In this document: in pieces, positions 14,320 to 28,124 of the stretch
How the letters are laid out: every line of letters begins with the position of its first letter
How positions within the stretch are numbered: the first letter of the stretch is position 1
DNA from: Octopus sinensis
Taxonomy: Eukaryota
DNA length: 64,000 nt
Direction: 5' to 3'
Assembly: GCF_006345805.1 (NCBI RefSeq)
Contig: NC_042999.1
Coordinates: 142,600,001 to 142,664,000 of the forward strand
The notes under the pieces: model-generated
Told to the model about the DNA's origin: nothing
What the model saw: only the letters and a program-made list of their open reading frames with translations
Database searches by the model: none
Position numbers and translations under genes: made by a program

Positions 14320-14725
14320 GGCCCTGAAGTGTGACCTTGCTGGGGCATTGCCTTGAAGGGTTTAGTCAAACAAATTAACCCCAGTGATTAGTTTTTTTAA
14401 AGCCTGGTATTTATTTTGTTAGTTCCTTAAGCCAAACTATTAAGTTTTAGGAACACAAACAAACCAACACTGGTTGTCAAGCAGTGGGGGTGGGCGAGGA
14501 CAAATACAAAGACACATACATGCACAGACACAGACACACACACACACACACACACACATACATGATGGGCTTCTTTCAGGTTCTGTCTATCAGGTCCACT
14601 CACAAAACTTTGGTTGTCCCAGAGCTACAGTAGAAGACATTTGCCCAAAATGACACACAGTGGGAAGGAACCCAGAACCATGTAGTTGGGAAACAAAGTC
14701 GTTTCCACACAGCCACACCTGTGCA
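14320..14725 (-). mobile_element. SINE family B copy
   Basis: ...agaagacatttgcccaa...ccacacagccacacctg (head on the minus strand). Confidence 0.8.
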
Positions 14726-15177
14726 GACACTACACCCTTGTTTGTTATCATGTGCTTGACATTTTAATGTTTTCACATGTAAATCTATAAATACATGTCA
14801 TGCGTACACGTATGCACACACATGCACTCTCAAAACTAAACACATAAACACATAAACATATATACCTGCACACAGCTACACAAATATATGATGTATATGG
14901 GTTGACATATGAATGTGATTTTGTTTATACATAGAGGTGTAATATATGTATACATATGCATATTTGCATGCAGGCTAATGCAATATGTGTGCATGTGTGT
15001 ATATGTGTACATATCTGTTTAATTTACTTGTTTAGGTATTTAAGTGTACACATGAATATATATAAGTACCAGTTGCATACTGGGTTGATCTAATCAACTG
15101 GCCCCACTCCCCAAAACTTTTGGGCCTTGTGCTTAGAGTAGAAAAAGATACATACATACACACACACACACATATAT

Positions 15178-15392
15178 CTCTTTACTCTTTTACTGTTTTA
15201 CTTGTTTCAGTCATTTGACTGCGGCCATGCTGGAGCACCGACTTTAGTCGATCAAATCGACCCCGGGACTTATTCTTTGTAAGCCCAGTACTTATTCTAT
15301 CGGTCTCTTTTGCTGAACCGCTAAGTGACGGGGACGTAAACACACCAGCATCGGTTGTCAAGCAATGCTAGGGGACAAACACAGACACACAA
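15178..15392 (-). mobile_element. SINE family B 3' half, young
   Basis: cttttacttgtttcagtcatttgactgcggccatgctggagcacc...; CpGs retained. Confidence 0.85.
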
Positions 15393-15699
15393 ACCCCCCC
15401 ACACACACATATATATATATATACGACACAACATATATATGTATATATGCATGTATGCGTGTGCATGTCAATATGTATATATGAGTGAGTATTTGTTAGT
15501 GTGTGTATAGATTTGTGTATTTTACTTAGTTGTATTATATTGTAAAGCAAAACTTATTTAGTTTGACACAACCAACTCTTTGGATTCTGGTGACCACCCC
15601 CACTGAATATGGTATCTTGATATCCAGCTGACTACTTACTTATTTGGTATAAGACTACTCAGTCACAACTAGCTTGGGGTTAAAAACAACAATGTGAGC

Positions 15700-17810
15700 A
15701 AATGAGATCACCTTTACATGGTTGCTAGGACCATTAGAAATAGCAGCCAAATTTCACTCAAGTTATACCTGAGCATCTTTAGAAAACAAAGATACTTTGG
15801 ACTGTCAAGTTTGGGATACAGTACACTGAAAAGGAAGATGAGATGGGTTTGGTTTGGAAACTTTTGATTACAGGTCTTCTCAACCAGGATTGACCCAGGG
15901 CTAAACAACAACAAGAAGATACAATATCAACCATATCACTACCACCATCTCTACCACCTCCCTCATTTCCATCATCACCTTGCCAGCAATGTTAATATTA
16001 TTTCTTCTGTGACAGCGTGGGAATTTCTACGCAGTTTCTCGACATGTTAGAAACAACAGCCAAATATCCTTCAAATCACACCATACTGTCATGAAAATAA
16101 AGGTAACCTATTACATAATTTTAGGGCCTACACATGCCTAAAATAACAGGATGGACACTACTGAAGCACATAGGGAATAGATATCTGTTTAAATCTGCTT
16201 AATCAGAGTTGATCTTGGACTAAACAACAACAGCAACAATGACAGCAACAACAATAACAATAACAACAACTCCATTTCATTTAATCAAAATCAATAACAA
16301 CAGTACCAAATAGAAAATTAAGTCCACACAGGCAAAACTGACAACAATAGTGAACACCACTACTGAAATGAGCTTACTATCACTAACACAACTTCCAAGA
16401 CACAAACAACAACAACAACAACAGAGACTTCAATACCATTATCAATAACAACAACAACAAGTGAATAAATGTGGGAAAACTCTACATGGTTAGATTGTTG
16501 GATTTCCTAGAAATGGCAGCCAAATTTTCCTGAAATTTCAACCCTTGCATTGAAGAAGATACTCTGGATAATACTTTGTGAAAAGAAGAAGTAAAAAATT
16601 AGACAAAATAGTCTTTCATCATAAGACAGCTTAAATATGCTCGAACTGGGGTTAAGCAACAACAACAGCAGCAACATAACCAATGACATTAACAACTCTA
16701 ACAACAACAAGAACAACACACCACAAACCACAAAAATACCATCAAAACTAATTGACAACAATATTAACACCAACATCATCGCTATTACAATAACCACCAC
16801 CACCACCTACTACCACCTACTACTACCTACTACCACCTATACCTCTATCATCATCTGTTATTACCAGTATAAGCCAAAGAGGAAGCTTCTGAGTGGTCGA
16901 TCAAAGTGCTAGAAATAGCAGCTAAGTTACCCTCAAGTTGCCCTCCTGCCTCACCAGCTCAGAAAAGGTTCCCTGCACATATAAAAAGCTGCGTACCTAC
17001 TACCACCTATACCTCTATCATCATCTGTTATTACCAGTATAAGCCAAAGAGGAAGCTTCTAAGTGGTCTATCATAGTGCTAGAAATAGCAGCTAAGTTAC
17101 CCTCAAGTTGCCCTCCTGCCTCACCAGCTCAGAAAAGATTCCCTGCACATATAAAAAGATGCGATGGTTGTTTTTGGAATACCTTTGCTCACAAGTTTGT
17201 TTAATCAGGGATGACCTGGGGTTATAAAACAACACAAACACATGACTACTACTGCCACCCCACCCCCACCCTAAATCATCATCGTCATTGTCTTCATCGT
17301 CATCATCATCATCATCATTGTTATTTTCATCGTCATCATTGTTATCATCATAATTATCATTAATATCATCATGAAACAATAGAAAAGGAAAATAGAACAA
17401 GAACAAAAACAACAAACAACAATTGCAATACTATAGTTTGGTAAAAAAAGTAATTCAAAAAAATTCACATAGACAAATAAAGGAAAATATCACAATATCA
17501 CAATATCACCAGCACCACCGTCATCACCACCATCACCACCACCATCACCACCACAAGCACCACCACCACACCACCACCACCACACATTTACCTCAGATAC
17601 TTCATGAGGCAAGTAAGCTGCCTTTTTGAGCTTGTTTGACCTGCTAGAAATAGCAGACAAATTGCCTTGGATCACGCTCTACCATCACACAAAGGCGCAT
17701 GTTGGACAATGTGGTGCTGGGTTTCCTGGATATAGGAAAAAGACAGGATTGTCACGGTTGGAGCACCTTTGATTATAGAGCTACTTAATCTGGGCTAAAC
17801 AACAACAACT
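15700..17810 (+). repeat. Cluster of co-oriented copies of repeat family E (ctagaaatagcagccaaat ... ctggggctaaacaacaac)
   Basis: Copies near 15735-15912, 16047-16230, 16908-17235 and 17640-17808, each ending in (CAA)n-like sequence. Confidence 0.7.
16824..17163 (+). repeat. Tandem duplication, 170-bp period
   Basis: tacctactaccacctatacctctatcatc...cacatataaaaag repeated at 16824 and 16994 with only a few differences. Confidence 0.9.
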
Positions 17811-18706
17811 GCAACCAACAACAATAACAATGTTTACTAACATTACACTTCCAATACCAACACCCCCACCACCCCCATCATCGCCACTGCTACCATCATA
17901 CTTACCACTACTGCCTCCACTTCCACCACTATTGCATAGTTGTTTCACTTTACCCCTACCACTACCACCAATACAACCACTACCCGTGTCCTTAACACTT
18001 CTGCAGCAACTACCATCACCACCACCACCACCATCAGCACCACTGCCAACACCACACTGCCCTCATCAACACAACACAATACACAGCCACCACTCATGTC
18101 CTCAGTGCATCTACCACTACTTGCCCCCTCTCCATACCATGCCCACTGTGTTTACCTTCACCACCACCACCACTACCACCACCACCACACCACCAACACC
18201 ATCACTGCCAGCACATACCTGATATCAACATCAATGCCTCATGCACCACCACCACCACCACCACCGCCACCACCACCGCCACTACTACCACCACTATCAT
18301 AACGCGAACACACTCATGCAGTGCAGTGCATGCATGCTTTACTTACCAATATCATTACTGTGCATGGTGACAAACTGTTGCACTGTCATTGTGTATAGCC
18401 ACTGTGTGCAAGCTTGCTAATGTATGCTGCAGCAATGCAGTGTAGCATGCTAATGCTTAGTAAATGTGGACACTTTAAGCCGGTAACTGTTGTAGTATAA
18501 GAGAAGAGTAGAGTGCAGTGTTGTGATGTGCAAGTGTGAGTGCAAGGAGTGGAGAGAGTCACACAGCACAACACAGAACAACGTAGTTCATCATTTTACT
18601 CTGTACTTGCAATGTCACACACTCAGAGACAGACAAGTGACTCTGTGTAGCTGTGCATAAGTGTGTGTGTGTGTGTGTATGTGTGTGTATGCACGTGCGC
18701 ATGCGA

Positions 18707-18744
<38 letters not shown>

Positions 18745-20070
18745 ATGTGTGCGTGTGTATATGCAAGTGTGCGTGTCTATGAGTGATGTGTGTATATGTG
18801 TGTATATGAGTACGTATAGAGTTGCGGTGGGGGAGGGTCTCCAGTCACGGTGATGATGACAACATCCATGCTGTCATCTCCACCACTCTCATCACAACCA
18901 GTGCTCCCACCACCACCACCACCACCACCACCATCATCACTACCACCACCACATCCAACATCTTTATCCACTCTCACCACTACCACTGCCACCACCTCTG
19001 CCACCATCACTGCCACCATCACTGCTACCACCGCTGCCACCACTACTACCACTACTACCGCTACCACTACCACTGCTGTCACCACCACCACTACCTTCAT
19101 CCCTTATCCCCTTATCGCTATCGTCATTATCATTGTTTTCCATCTTCCCTTCTAAAACCACTACCATCAGCACCGCTGCCTCATCCATTGCTAACACTCG
19201 CATCCACCACCAGTACTGCCACCACCACCAACACCACCACCACTACCAGCAACGTTATTCTCACCTTCCCCCCCCAATTATTACTCCACCACCACCACCA
19301 CCACCACCACCACCACTACCACCACCACCACCACTACCACCACCACCATCACCACAACCACTACCATCATCATCACCATCACTTGTTATTGTTATTCTCC
19401 TTGGTGGAGGTGGTAGTGGTGTACGTTAGCTGCTACTGATAACGATGCTGCTAGTGCTGCTGCTGCTGTTCTTGTTGCTGCAGGTGATGGTGATGCTTCA
19501 ACTGTTGCTGATGTTGTTGTTGTTGTTGCAGCTGCTGCCCTTGCTAATGCAACTGTTGCATCTTGTTACAGGTGTTGGTGATGTTGTTGCTTCTGGTGTT
19601 TTTGTTGTCATTGCAGTTGTTGTTGTTGTTGTTGTTCTTGCTGCTGCTGCTGCTGCTGTTGCTGAATTCGTTGCTGCTGCTGCTGCCCATGTTATTACTG
19701 CTATTGTTCTTACAGCTGATGTTCTTAATCTTTTGCTACTGTTGTTGTTGTTGTTGTTGTTGTTGTTGTGGCTGTTGTTGCTACTTCAGCTGCTGCTGAA
19801 GGTGATGTTGATGCTGTTGCTACTCTGTCTACTACTTCTACTACTTCTACTGCTGCTGCTGCTGCTTCTGATCTTACTTGTAGCTAATGTTACTACTATT
19901 AGTATTGCTTTTGGTGCTGCTGTTGCTGCTGATGTTGTTATTGTTGCTGCTGTTGTTGCTACTGCTGTTGCTGTTACTGATGTTGCTGCTGCTGATGATG
20001 ATGATGTTGTTGCTGCTGAAGATGCTGTTGAGTTATTGCTGCTGCTGTTGCTGCTGCCTTCAGCTTTGGC
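17500..20070. repeat. Trinucleotide low-complexity domain: (CAC/CAT)n switching to (GTT/GCT)n at ~19400
   Basis: Visible directly; produces the poly-H/P/T/L/A ORFs. Confidence 0.85.
18347..18389 (-). CDS. Candidate first coding exon (MTVQQFVTMHSNDI + phase-1 G) of an unidentified host gene
   Basis: Unique sequence island; minus strand acaATG...gtcaccATGcacagtaatgatattg|GTAAGT consensus donor; in-frame TAG 10 codons upstream. Confidence 0.35.
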
Positions 20071-20154
20071 CCCATACTTCAATCCCCATCTTATACTAAA
20101 ATTTGGAAATGGCAGTAAGAGTAAGGTGGGGGAGGGGTTAGATAAGAGCAAACA

Positions 20155-20730
20155 GTGAGAGAGAGGGAGTGGGAGAGAGGGAGTGGGAGAGAGGGAGAGA
20201 ATGAGGGAGCAGGAGTGAGAGAGGTAGTGAGAGAGATGGGGAGAGAAAGAGGGTGACTGAGAGAGAGGGAGAGAATGAGGGAGCAAGAGTGAAAGAGGGA
20301 AAGAGAATGAGGAAGAGGGAATGAGAGAGAGTGTGAGAGGGAGAGGGAGTGAGAGAGAAGGTGAGTGAATGAGGGAGCAAGAGTGAAAGAGGGAAAGAGA
20401 ATGAGGAAGAGGGAATGAGAGAGAGTGTGAGAGGGAGAGGGAGTGATAGAGGGAGAGAGGGAGTGAGAGAGAGAGGGAGTGAATGAGGGAGAGAGAGTGA
20501 GAGAGGGGGTGAGTGAATGAGGGAGAGGGAGGGAGAGAAGGAGGGAGAGAAATTGTAGAAAATAGAGAGAGAAAGTATGGGACAGTTTGGATGAATTGGA
20601 AAAAGGGAAAAAGAGGAAGGAAAAGGCAGAGAGATAGGAGAGAGAAAGAGAGAGAGAGAAAGAGAAAGAGTAAGTATGAGAAGGGAAAAAGAGAAAGAAG
20701 CAAGGGAAAATAGGAGAAAATGAGAAAGGT
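20155..20730 (+). repeat. ~570-bp polypurine (GA-rich) tract with an internal ~95-bp duplication
   Basis: aatgagggagcaagagtgaaagagggaaagagaatgaggaagagggaatgagagagagtgtgagaggg occurs twice. Confidence 0.85.
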
Positions 20731-22192
20731 CATAACAAAATATTAGATATGTATGTATGTGTATGTGTATGTAAATATATGTATATGTATGTCTGTATCT
20801 ATGTATGCATGTATGTATGTCTGTATGTGTTTGTATGAACAAAAATGTAACACATGTGTATGTGTTTGTATGTTTGTGTAAATGTTTGTGTGCGTGTATG
20901 TAAGTGTATATGTATATATGTATGTATGTATGTGTATATGTATGTAAATATATGTATATGTATGTCTGTATCTATATATGTTTTTACGTGTATGTATGTA
21001 TGTGCATTTGTATGTGTTTGTATGCACATATATGCATGTGCATATGTATGTACATATGCATGTGTTTGTATGATTGTATAGATGTTTGTGTGCATATATG
21101 TAAGTGTATATGTATGTATGTATGTGTGTATGTACGTAGGTTGGTAGGTAGGTATATGTGCATGCTTGTATGTCTGTATATGTGTGTTTGTATATGTATG
21201 CATGCCTGTATGTCAATGTGTGTGCATGCTTGTGTATATAAGTATGTGTTCATGAATGTATATCTCTATATGTTTTTGTGCATATATGCGTATATGTTGT
21301 ATATATATATATATATATATATATACAAGCATCTGTGTATGTAAGAATAAGTATGCATATATATGTAAGTATGTGTGCGGAAATATGTATATACCTATGT
21401 ACATATGACTGTGAAGTTGTGTATGTGGGTATACGCTCATGTAGTCCAAACCATGATAGCATGGAAAAATGGACATTAATTGATGATGATGATGATGATG
21501 ATCATGATGATCATGATGATTATGATGATCATAATGTGGCTAGGTATGTAATGTTCACCTGTACATATTTATGAATCTATGTATGAGAATGCATATATCT
21601 GTACATACAAATATACATACATACACATGCATGCACACGCACACACACACACACACATACATGTATATATGTATGTATGTATATATATATTTATGTATGT
21701 ATGTATGTATATATATATATATGTGTGTATATATATATATAAATATACACACACACACACATATATATATATATTTATGTATATATGTATGTATAGGAAG
21801 GGTGTGAGGGAGAAGAAGAGAGGAAGAGAGAAGGGGAAAATGAGAAATAGTGAAGAAGGAAGTAGTAAAAAGAAGTGTTGTAGAAAGAGAGACAGTGATA
21901 CAGAGAGAGAGAGAGAAAGGAACAAAGAGAGAAGGAGAGATTGAATGAGAGAAAAAGAGGAAAAGAAAAAGAAAGGGAATCCTTATATTTTGTTTCCCTT
22001 CACCACACTGACTTGGTACAAAGATAATGTATTCATTTCACTGACACCCCACTCAATCATGGAAACCACTTCACACAACTCTTATACCCTATTCAGACAT
22101 AGAGACCACTTCAGAAATGCACCCTCCCCTAAAGATTACATACATACGGCTGTGTATATGTGTGTGTTTGTATATATATATGCATACATACA

Positions 22193-22233
<41 letters not shown>

Positions 22234-22422
22234 TGTAACAATGTGCAATACTACACACCTTAAAAGTGATATTGACTCTAACACATACAAACCATTACAA
22301 TGAAAATGTCACATGTAACAACAGAACCCACCTCACAAACAAAACTAACACTTTCATACAACCTAACACATAAATTGTTACCAATATGCACACGCATGCA
22401 CACATGCACACACACATACACA

Positions 22423-22462
<40 letters not shown>

Positions 22463-23213
22463 TACTGGCACCATTATACAGAAACTAAGATAAATTTGTC
22501 ACCTTACAATCACACACAACCCATCGTACAAGTGATAATGACATTAATTCACAGAAACCACCATTACTAGATGTAGCAAGTAAAGTATTTATTTCATAAA
22601 ATACCACACATGATCGACAATCCAGACTCCCGTACAAACCAATACACCTTAGATATCACATTAACTACAACATAAAAACTGATGTGTAAAATATTAATTC
22701 ATACCTTACAAATAATAGTTATCCTTCCACACAAACCGCCAAAACAGACAATCACACAAGACCTACTACACGAAATAACACCCAACCCTAATTCAAACAC
22801 TTCACCACACCTTACAAGTTTCCGAAAATTCTATTGAAATGCAAACCACAACCTTATTTTCATAATAGCTCTTCACTGTAGAAGTTGTATTAGAATACAA
22901 GATTTTAGCGAAAGCAATTCCAACACATATTTCTATGTTTTATGTCTTACGTTACAACATCTGATCAACTTTAGAGTATAGCTAAATGTTTAAAGTGTCT
23001 GCGCAGAAAGACAGCACTTTTCTGAAATTACTTTGTGATTTTCTAGCAATTTCTCTATTTTGCATATGTGGATGTGCTTATTACTTTAACAAAAGAATTT
23101 AAAAAGAACTTGCATACATGCAAGCAGAAATATTTAATAACCATAATGTGCTATAGATATCACTACTTACCATGACACAAGCAGTTTTAAATGAGTTTTA
23201 TATATGTATGTAT

Positions 23214-23261
<48 letters not shown>

Positions 23262-23279
23262 CACATATTTATACATTCT

Positions 23280-23735
23280 TTTATTCTTTTATTCTCTTAC
23301 TTGTTTCAGTCATTTGACTGCAGCCATGCTGGAGCACCACCTTAAAGGGTGTTAGTAAAAGAAATCGACCCCAAGACTTATTTTTTGTAAGCCTAGTTCT
23401 ATTGCTCTCTTATGCCAAACTGCTAAGTTCAGGGGACATAAACACACCACCATCGGTTGTCAAGTGATGGTGGTGGGTCAAACATAGACATACACACACA
23501 CAAATATATGTACATATACATACATACATATAAATATATATATATATAAATACATATATATATAAATATATATATATATAGAACAGGCTTCAATTTCTGT
23601 CTACCAAATCCACTCACAAAGCTTTGGTTGGCCTGAGACTATAGTAGAAGACACTTGCCCAAGGTGTCACGAAGTGTGATTGAACCTGGAACCATGTGGT
23701 TGGGAAGCAAACTTCTTACCACACAGCCATGCCTG
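23280..23735 (-). mobile_element. SINE family B full-length copy
   Basis: Both halves present around a (TA/CA)n spacer. Confidence 0.85.
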
Positions 23736-23934
23736 TGCCTATATATATGTATGTATACACAACACACACACACACACACACATACACACACACATACAGT
23801 GTGGCTCAAAAGTAGGCTTACAGTTATCACCAAGATACTTTAAATTTCTTTTAAAACATTTTATTACATCTAAATTTCAATCGTACAAACTGAAAAGAGA
23901 GCTTGACAAAATTAACTTAATTAGCATAGAATAA

Positions 23935-25880
23935 TGGTTTCATTTCTTTTTGTTTTGGAAATGCTACCCAGATAACTGTTTCATTCTGTGGCCACATAAC
24001 CTTGAACAACTCTCAAAATTTAAAAACTTAATGAACAGCATTAACCACAGTATCCAGTTGACAATGGAATACAGCCACAAACAACTACCCTTTCTGGACA
24101 TCTTAATCATAAAAAGAGATACTGAAATTGAAACCGACATCTTCAAACCAATGGACTCGAAACAATATCTTCTATTCTCCTCCTGCCACCCAAAACATAC
24201 TAAAAGAAATATACTGTTCAACTTTGCAAGAAGAATTTGCATGATTGCATCAAATCCTGAAACCTGAGAAAAGCAACTCCAAGAACTTAAAAACACATTA
24301 CTTGATAGAAAATACCAGGCCAGTCTAATCAAAAATGGAACAGATCATGCAAAAAGGATAGACATCCAAAAGTTATGGAAAACAAAAAAAACACCATGGC
24401 ACACTTAGAACTTGATCTTACATGTCAAAGAACATGGAAGCATACAACATCATCCACCAAAATGTACCTTGCCTTATGAAGGACCTGCAAATGAAAAAGG
24501 CACTGGAAACACATAGTATTATCAAAAGAAAGAGACAACCACAATCCCTAAAAAAGTTACCAGCGCCAGATTACCCATCAAAAATACAACTTCACTTGTC
24601 AAAAAGTGCAACCGCCCTAATTGTGGAACTTGCATCTTCCTCTTAGAGGGTTCAACATACAAATTTAAGTCAGGTCAAACTTTTACCATAAAAAAAATCA
24701 CTTCACTTGTGCTTTGAAGAACTTAATCTATGTTCTCAAATGTGGAAGGTGTGGTGGAGACTATACAGGTCAAACGGTGTACAGGCAACAAATCCAGGGA
24801 CTCATAAGTAGGAAAATTCCTGCGAGCAAACACCTAGACCAATGTCTTGTAAACATTAACCCGAAATACCAAATCTTCCCTCTCTATCAAATGCATTGGA
24901 AACGCTTCAACCCAATTCCATTTAAATAAGGAAAGCATACTCATTAAAAAAATGTAAACCACAGCTGAATATTCTTTAGAAAGAAGAAAAAATGCTAAAT
25001 AGAAAAAGAAAAAAAGACCCAATTTCTCCACAAAAAGACAACTGGGAACAACAGACAATTTTAAAAACTTTAGTAACAGTCTTCCACCTGGTTTTCAAAA
25101 CCACATCTCCAAATCACCATACAAACACCAGTTGCCAACGTCACCTAATTCTAGACCAATGAAATCTTACAATCACCAGTCGCTGACGTCACCTAATTCT
25201 AGACCAATGAAATTTTACTGCCGATCAAAATTGAACTTCAGCAAGTACAGCAAAATGACCCTTTAAGAGAATCAACCAACTGGAATGGCTGATGGCTGTT
25301 CCCCACAGAGAAGCCAACTAAGCAGAACAACAAACTTGACCACTGGAAAAAACAAGACGTCACCAGTACGTTAATGAATCAAAAATCAGATCCAATCATG
25401 GAAAAAATTATAAATACACCGGATTCCAAAACACACCAATACAAGCAAAAGTTCCTCTACACTACAGAAAGAGAATCAGAGAAATTGTAAACCAAATCCC
25501 TTTTTTCACTATCTTCATTTTTCTCTCTTAACTCAGTATGGCTGAAACTTTGATGATATTTATTTCTTGTCTGTCACTACTAACATAATGAACTTTGTAC
25601 ATTTAAATAAGTTGATGCGCAGTTTTTATAATATTGACTGTTATGAACATTTAAACTTGCCAACATTGAAACTTTTAAACATGTTTTTCTAATTCATAAC
25701 TCTAAATTTGTTTGTTATGAACATTTAAACTTGTCAAAATTGAAACTTTTAAACCAGTTTTTCTAATTCATAAATCTTAATTTTTTGCATTGATAAAGAA
25801 AAAATATTGTTGAAACTAGTTTGGTACGTATGTAAATAAATTTATTTTAAACAATTACAAGTTTTTCAAATTTAGATGCA
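23935..25880 (+). pseudogene. Penelope-like element, 5'-truncated and decayed: RT C-terminus + GIY-YIG endonuclease + 3' terminal region
   Basis: FWKCYPDNCFILW (from YxDD), LPFLDILI, YLLFSSCHPKHTK, RRICMI; KNLIYVLKCGRCGGDYTGQT; degenerate HHR ttgataa...gaaactagtt at ~25786-25824; stops and frameshifts. Confidence 0.88.
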
Positions 25881-25898
25881 TCTTCAACAACAAATTTG

Positions 25899-25944
<46 letters not shown>

Positions 25945-25949
25945 ATATA

Positions 25950-26160
25950 GTTAATCAAAACATGAAAACACAAAGAGAAAACACAACAGCGCAAGGACGT
26001 GGAACAAGTATAGTGTTATTGGACGCTCAGGAGAGGAAAGAAAGAAGGAGGATTTAACGTTTTGAGTAGAGCTCTTCGTCAGAAACATAGGAAAAGGAAA
26101 GATCCAAGGAAGGGAAGACAGAGGAAAAAAAATCGCCAACGATTCACATGCAGTCACATT
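25950..26160 (-). mobile_element. PLE-type terminal repeat with hammerhead motif (26052-26086; GAAA mutated to AAAA)
   Basis: Minus strand gttt CTGACGA a gag ctcta ctc aaaac gtt aaat; partial opposite-orientation copy at 27704-27802. Confidence 0.65.
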
Positions 26161-26182
26161 TATATTTATATAAGTATGTATG

Positions 26183-26216
<34 letters not shown>

Positions 26217-26263
26217 GATATATATATATATTATATATATATATAATATATATATATATATAT

Positions 26264-26310
<47 letters not shown>

Positions 26311-26366
26311 TACATATATATATATATATACATATATACATATATATATATATATGTATGTATGTG

Positions 26367-26672
26367 AAGGCACATGGCTTAGTCGTTAGATTGTTGAGCT
26401 TATGATCGTGAAGTTGTGAGTTTGATTCCTGGACTGAGCTGCATGTTGCGTTCTTGAGCAAGACACTTTATTTCACGTTGCTCCAGTTAACTCAGCTGTA
26501 GGAAATAGTTGCAACATCACTGATGCCATGCTGTATCGACTTTTGTCTTTCTCTTGGATAACATAGTGGTATGCATAGTGGTATGCATAGGTGACTGCTG
26601 GCCTTCCACAAACAACCTTGCCCAGACTTGTGCATCGGAGGGGAACTTTCTAGATGCAATCACATGGTCATT
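26367..26672 (+). mobile_element. tRNA-derived SINE family D
   Basis: A-box tggcttagtcgtt, B-box gagtttgattcc, core ttcttgagcaagacactttatttcac; related minus-strand remnants at 1-90 and 62790-63015. Confidence 0.75.
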
Positions 26673-26840
26673 CATATATATATATATATATCATCATCAT
26701 CATCATCATCATTTAACGTCCGCTTTCCGTGCTGGCATGGGTTGGACGGTTTGACTGAGGACTGGCGAGCCAGATGGCTGCACTAGGCTCCAATCTGATC
26801 TGGCAGAATCAATTTGATGATGATGATATATATATATATA

Positions 26841-27178
26841 TATATTTATCAAAAGAAAAACAGGATGCAAGGATTTAGCGGTACATATGTTTCTCGATAT
26901 TGAGTGAAAAAACGGTATGGACGTTTTGTTTTGGTGTCTTGCTTTGCCATATACGACTATGAGGATTTGCATTCCCAATGAAACTCGTCTTTTTCCCAAA
27001 CTTCTTCTCAAACGTGCTATAATGTAATACATGTCTTTGGTGTGGCAATTGTGCACGGCTGAAGAAGGCTATTGACATACATGTTACATCAATTATGCAT
27101 TGATATAAACTGTCAAATAAAGCCAGAAACATATGTACCGCTAAATCCTTGCATCCTGTTTTTCTTTTGATAAATATA
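26841..27178 (+). mobile_element. 338-bp element with perfect 54-bp inverted termini and an internal hammerhead (27056-27140)
   Basis: 26841-26894 is the exact reverse complement of 27125-27178; cgg CTGAAGA a ggct...agcc a GAAAC atat GTA ccg. Confidence 0.8.
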
Positions 27179-27241
27179 CCCTATCACCTACACCACTAAC
27201 TGGCATATACAGGTGCTTACAGTTATCAAGTATTCACCCTG

Positions 27242-27289
<48 letters not shown>

Positions 27290-27294
27290 TATAT

Positions 27295-27672
27295 GTGGCA
27301 TGTAAGAGAACCTTCTGTTTCGCGACCGTTGCCAGCACCACCCCGACTGGCCTTGTGCCGATGGCAAGTAAAAAGCACCATCCGTTCGTGTCCGTTGCCA
27401 GCCTTGCCTGGCCCTCGTGCCGGTGGCACATAAAAAGCACCATCCGTTCGTGGCCGTTTGCCCGCTCTGTCTGGCACCTGTGCGGGTGGCATGTAAAAAG
27501 CACCCACTACACTCACGGAGTGGTTGGTGTTAGCAAGGGCATCCAGCCGTAGAAACACTGCCAGATTTGACTGTGCCTGATGAAGCCTTCTGGCTTCACA
27601 GACCCCAGTAGAACCGTCCAACCCATGCTAGCATGGAAAACGGACGCTAAACGATGATGATGATGATGATGA

Positions 27673-27676
<4 letters not shown>
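27295..27676 (+). mobile_element. SINE-like family A copy
   Basis: Internal repeats plus (GAT)n tail; a minus-strand 3' end of the family at 26691-26810. Confidence 0.85.
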
Positions 27677-27706
<30 letters not shown>

Positions 27707-27889
27707 TCCTCCTTCTTCCCTTTTTTCCTGAGCGCCCAATAATACTTTAATTGTCCCACATCCTCGTGTTGTTGTCTTTTTGTTTTCTTGTTTGGATTAA
27801 CTTTATATATATATATAAGTATACATGTATATATACATACATATATGTATGTATGTATATATATTAATGAAAGTTTACAGTATTATAGA

Positions 27890-28124
27890 TGCATTTCAGC
27901 TGATCTTACTTATCAATTTCAAGCTGAGTATTAGATTACTTGATACTAGGTAACAGCACAGTTAAGTAACACCACAGGTGACGGATATGGAAAAATATAA
28001 TGACTTTTTCATAACTGCCATCTCTGAAGAGCATATGGTGTTACCTAACCATAGAGTTATCTAATATCTGGTTACCTACTACTCAGTGTAAAACTGATTG
28101 GTTAGATCAGCTGAAATAGATTTA
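27890..28124. mobile_element. Old MITE-like inverted repeat
   Basis: atttcagctgatct...gtaacacca / tggtgttac...agatcagctgaaat. Confidence 0.6.

Noticed and set aside
19445-20158. 237-aa Leu/Ala/Val-rich ORF resembling a membrane protein (and overlapping minus-strand ORFs)
   Set aside because: It is a translation of (CTG/GTT)n repeats that lack stops by composition; no domain or splice support.
26367-26440. tRNA gene
   Set aside because: A/B boxes are present but there is no cloverleaf, and it continues into a SINE body.
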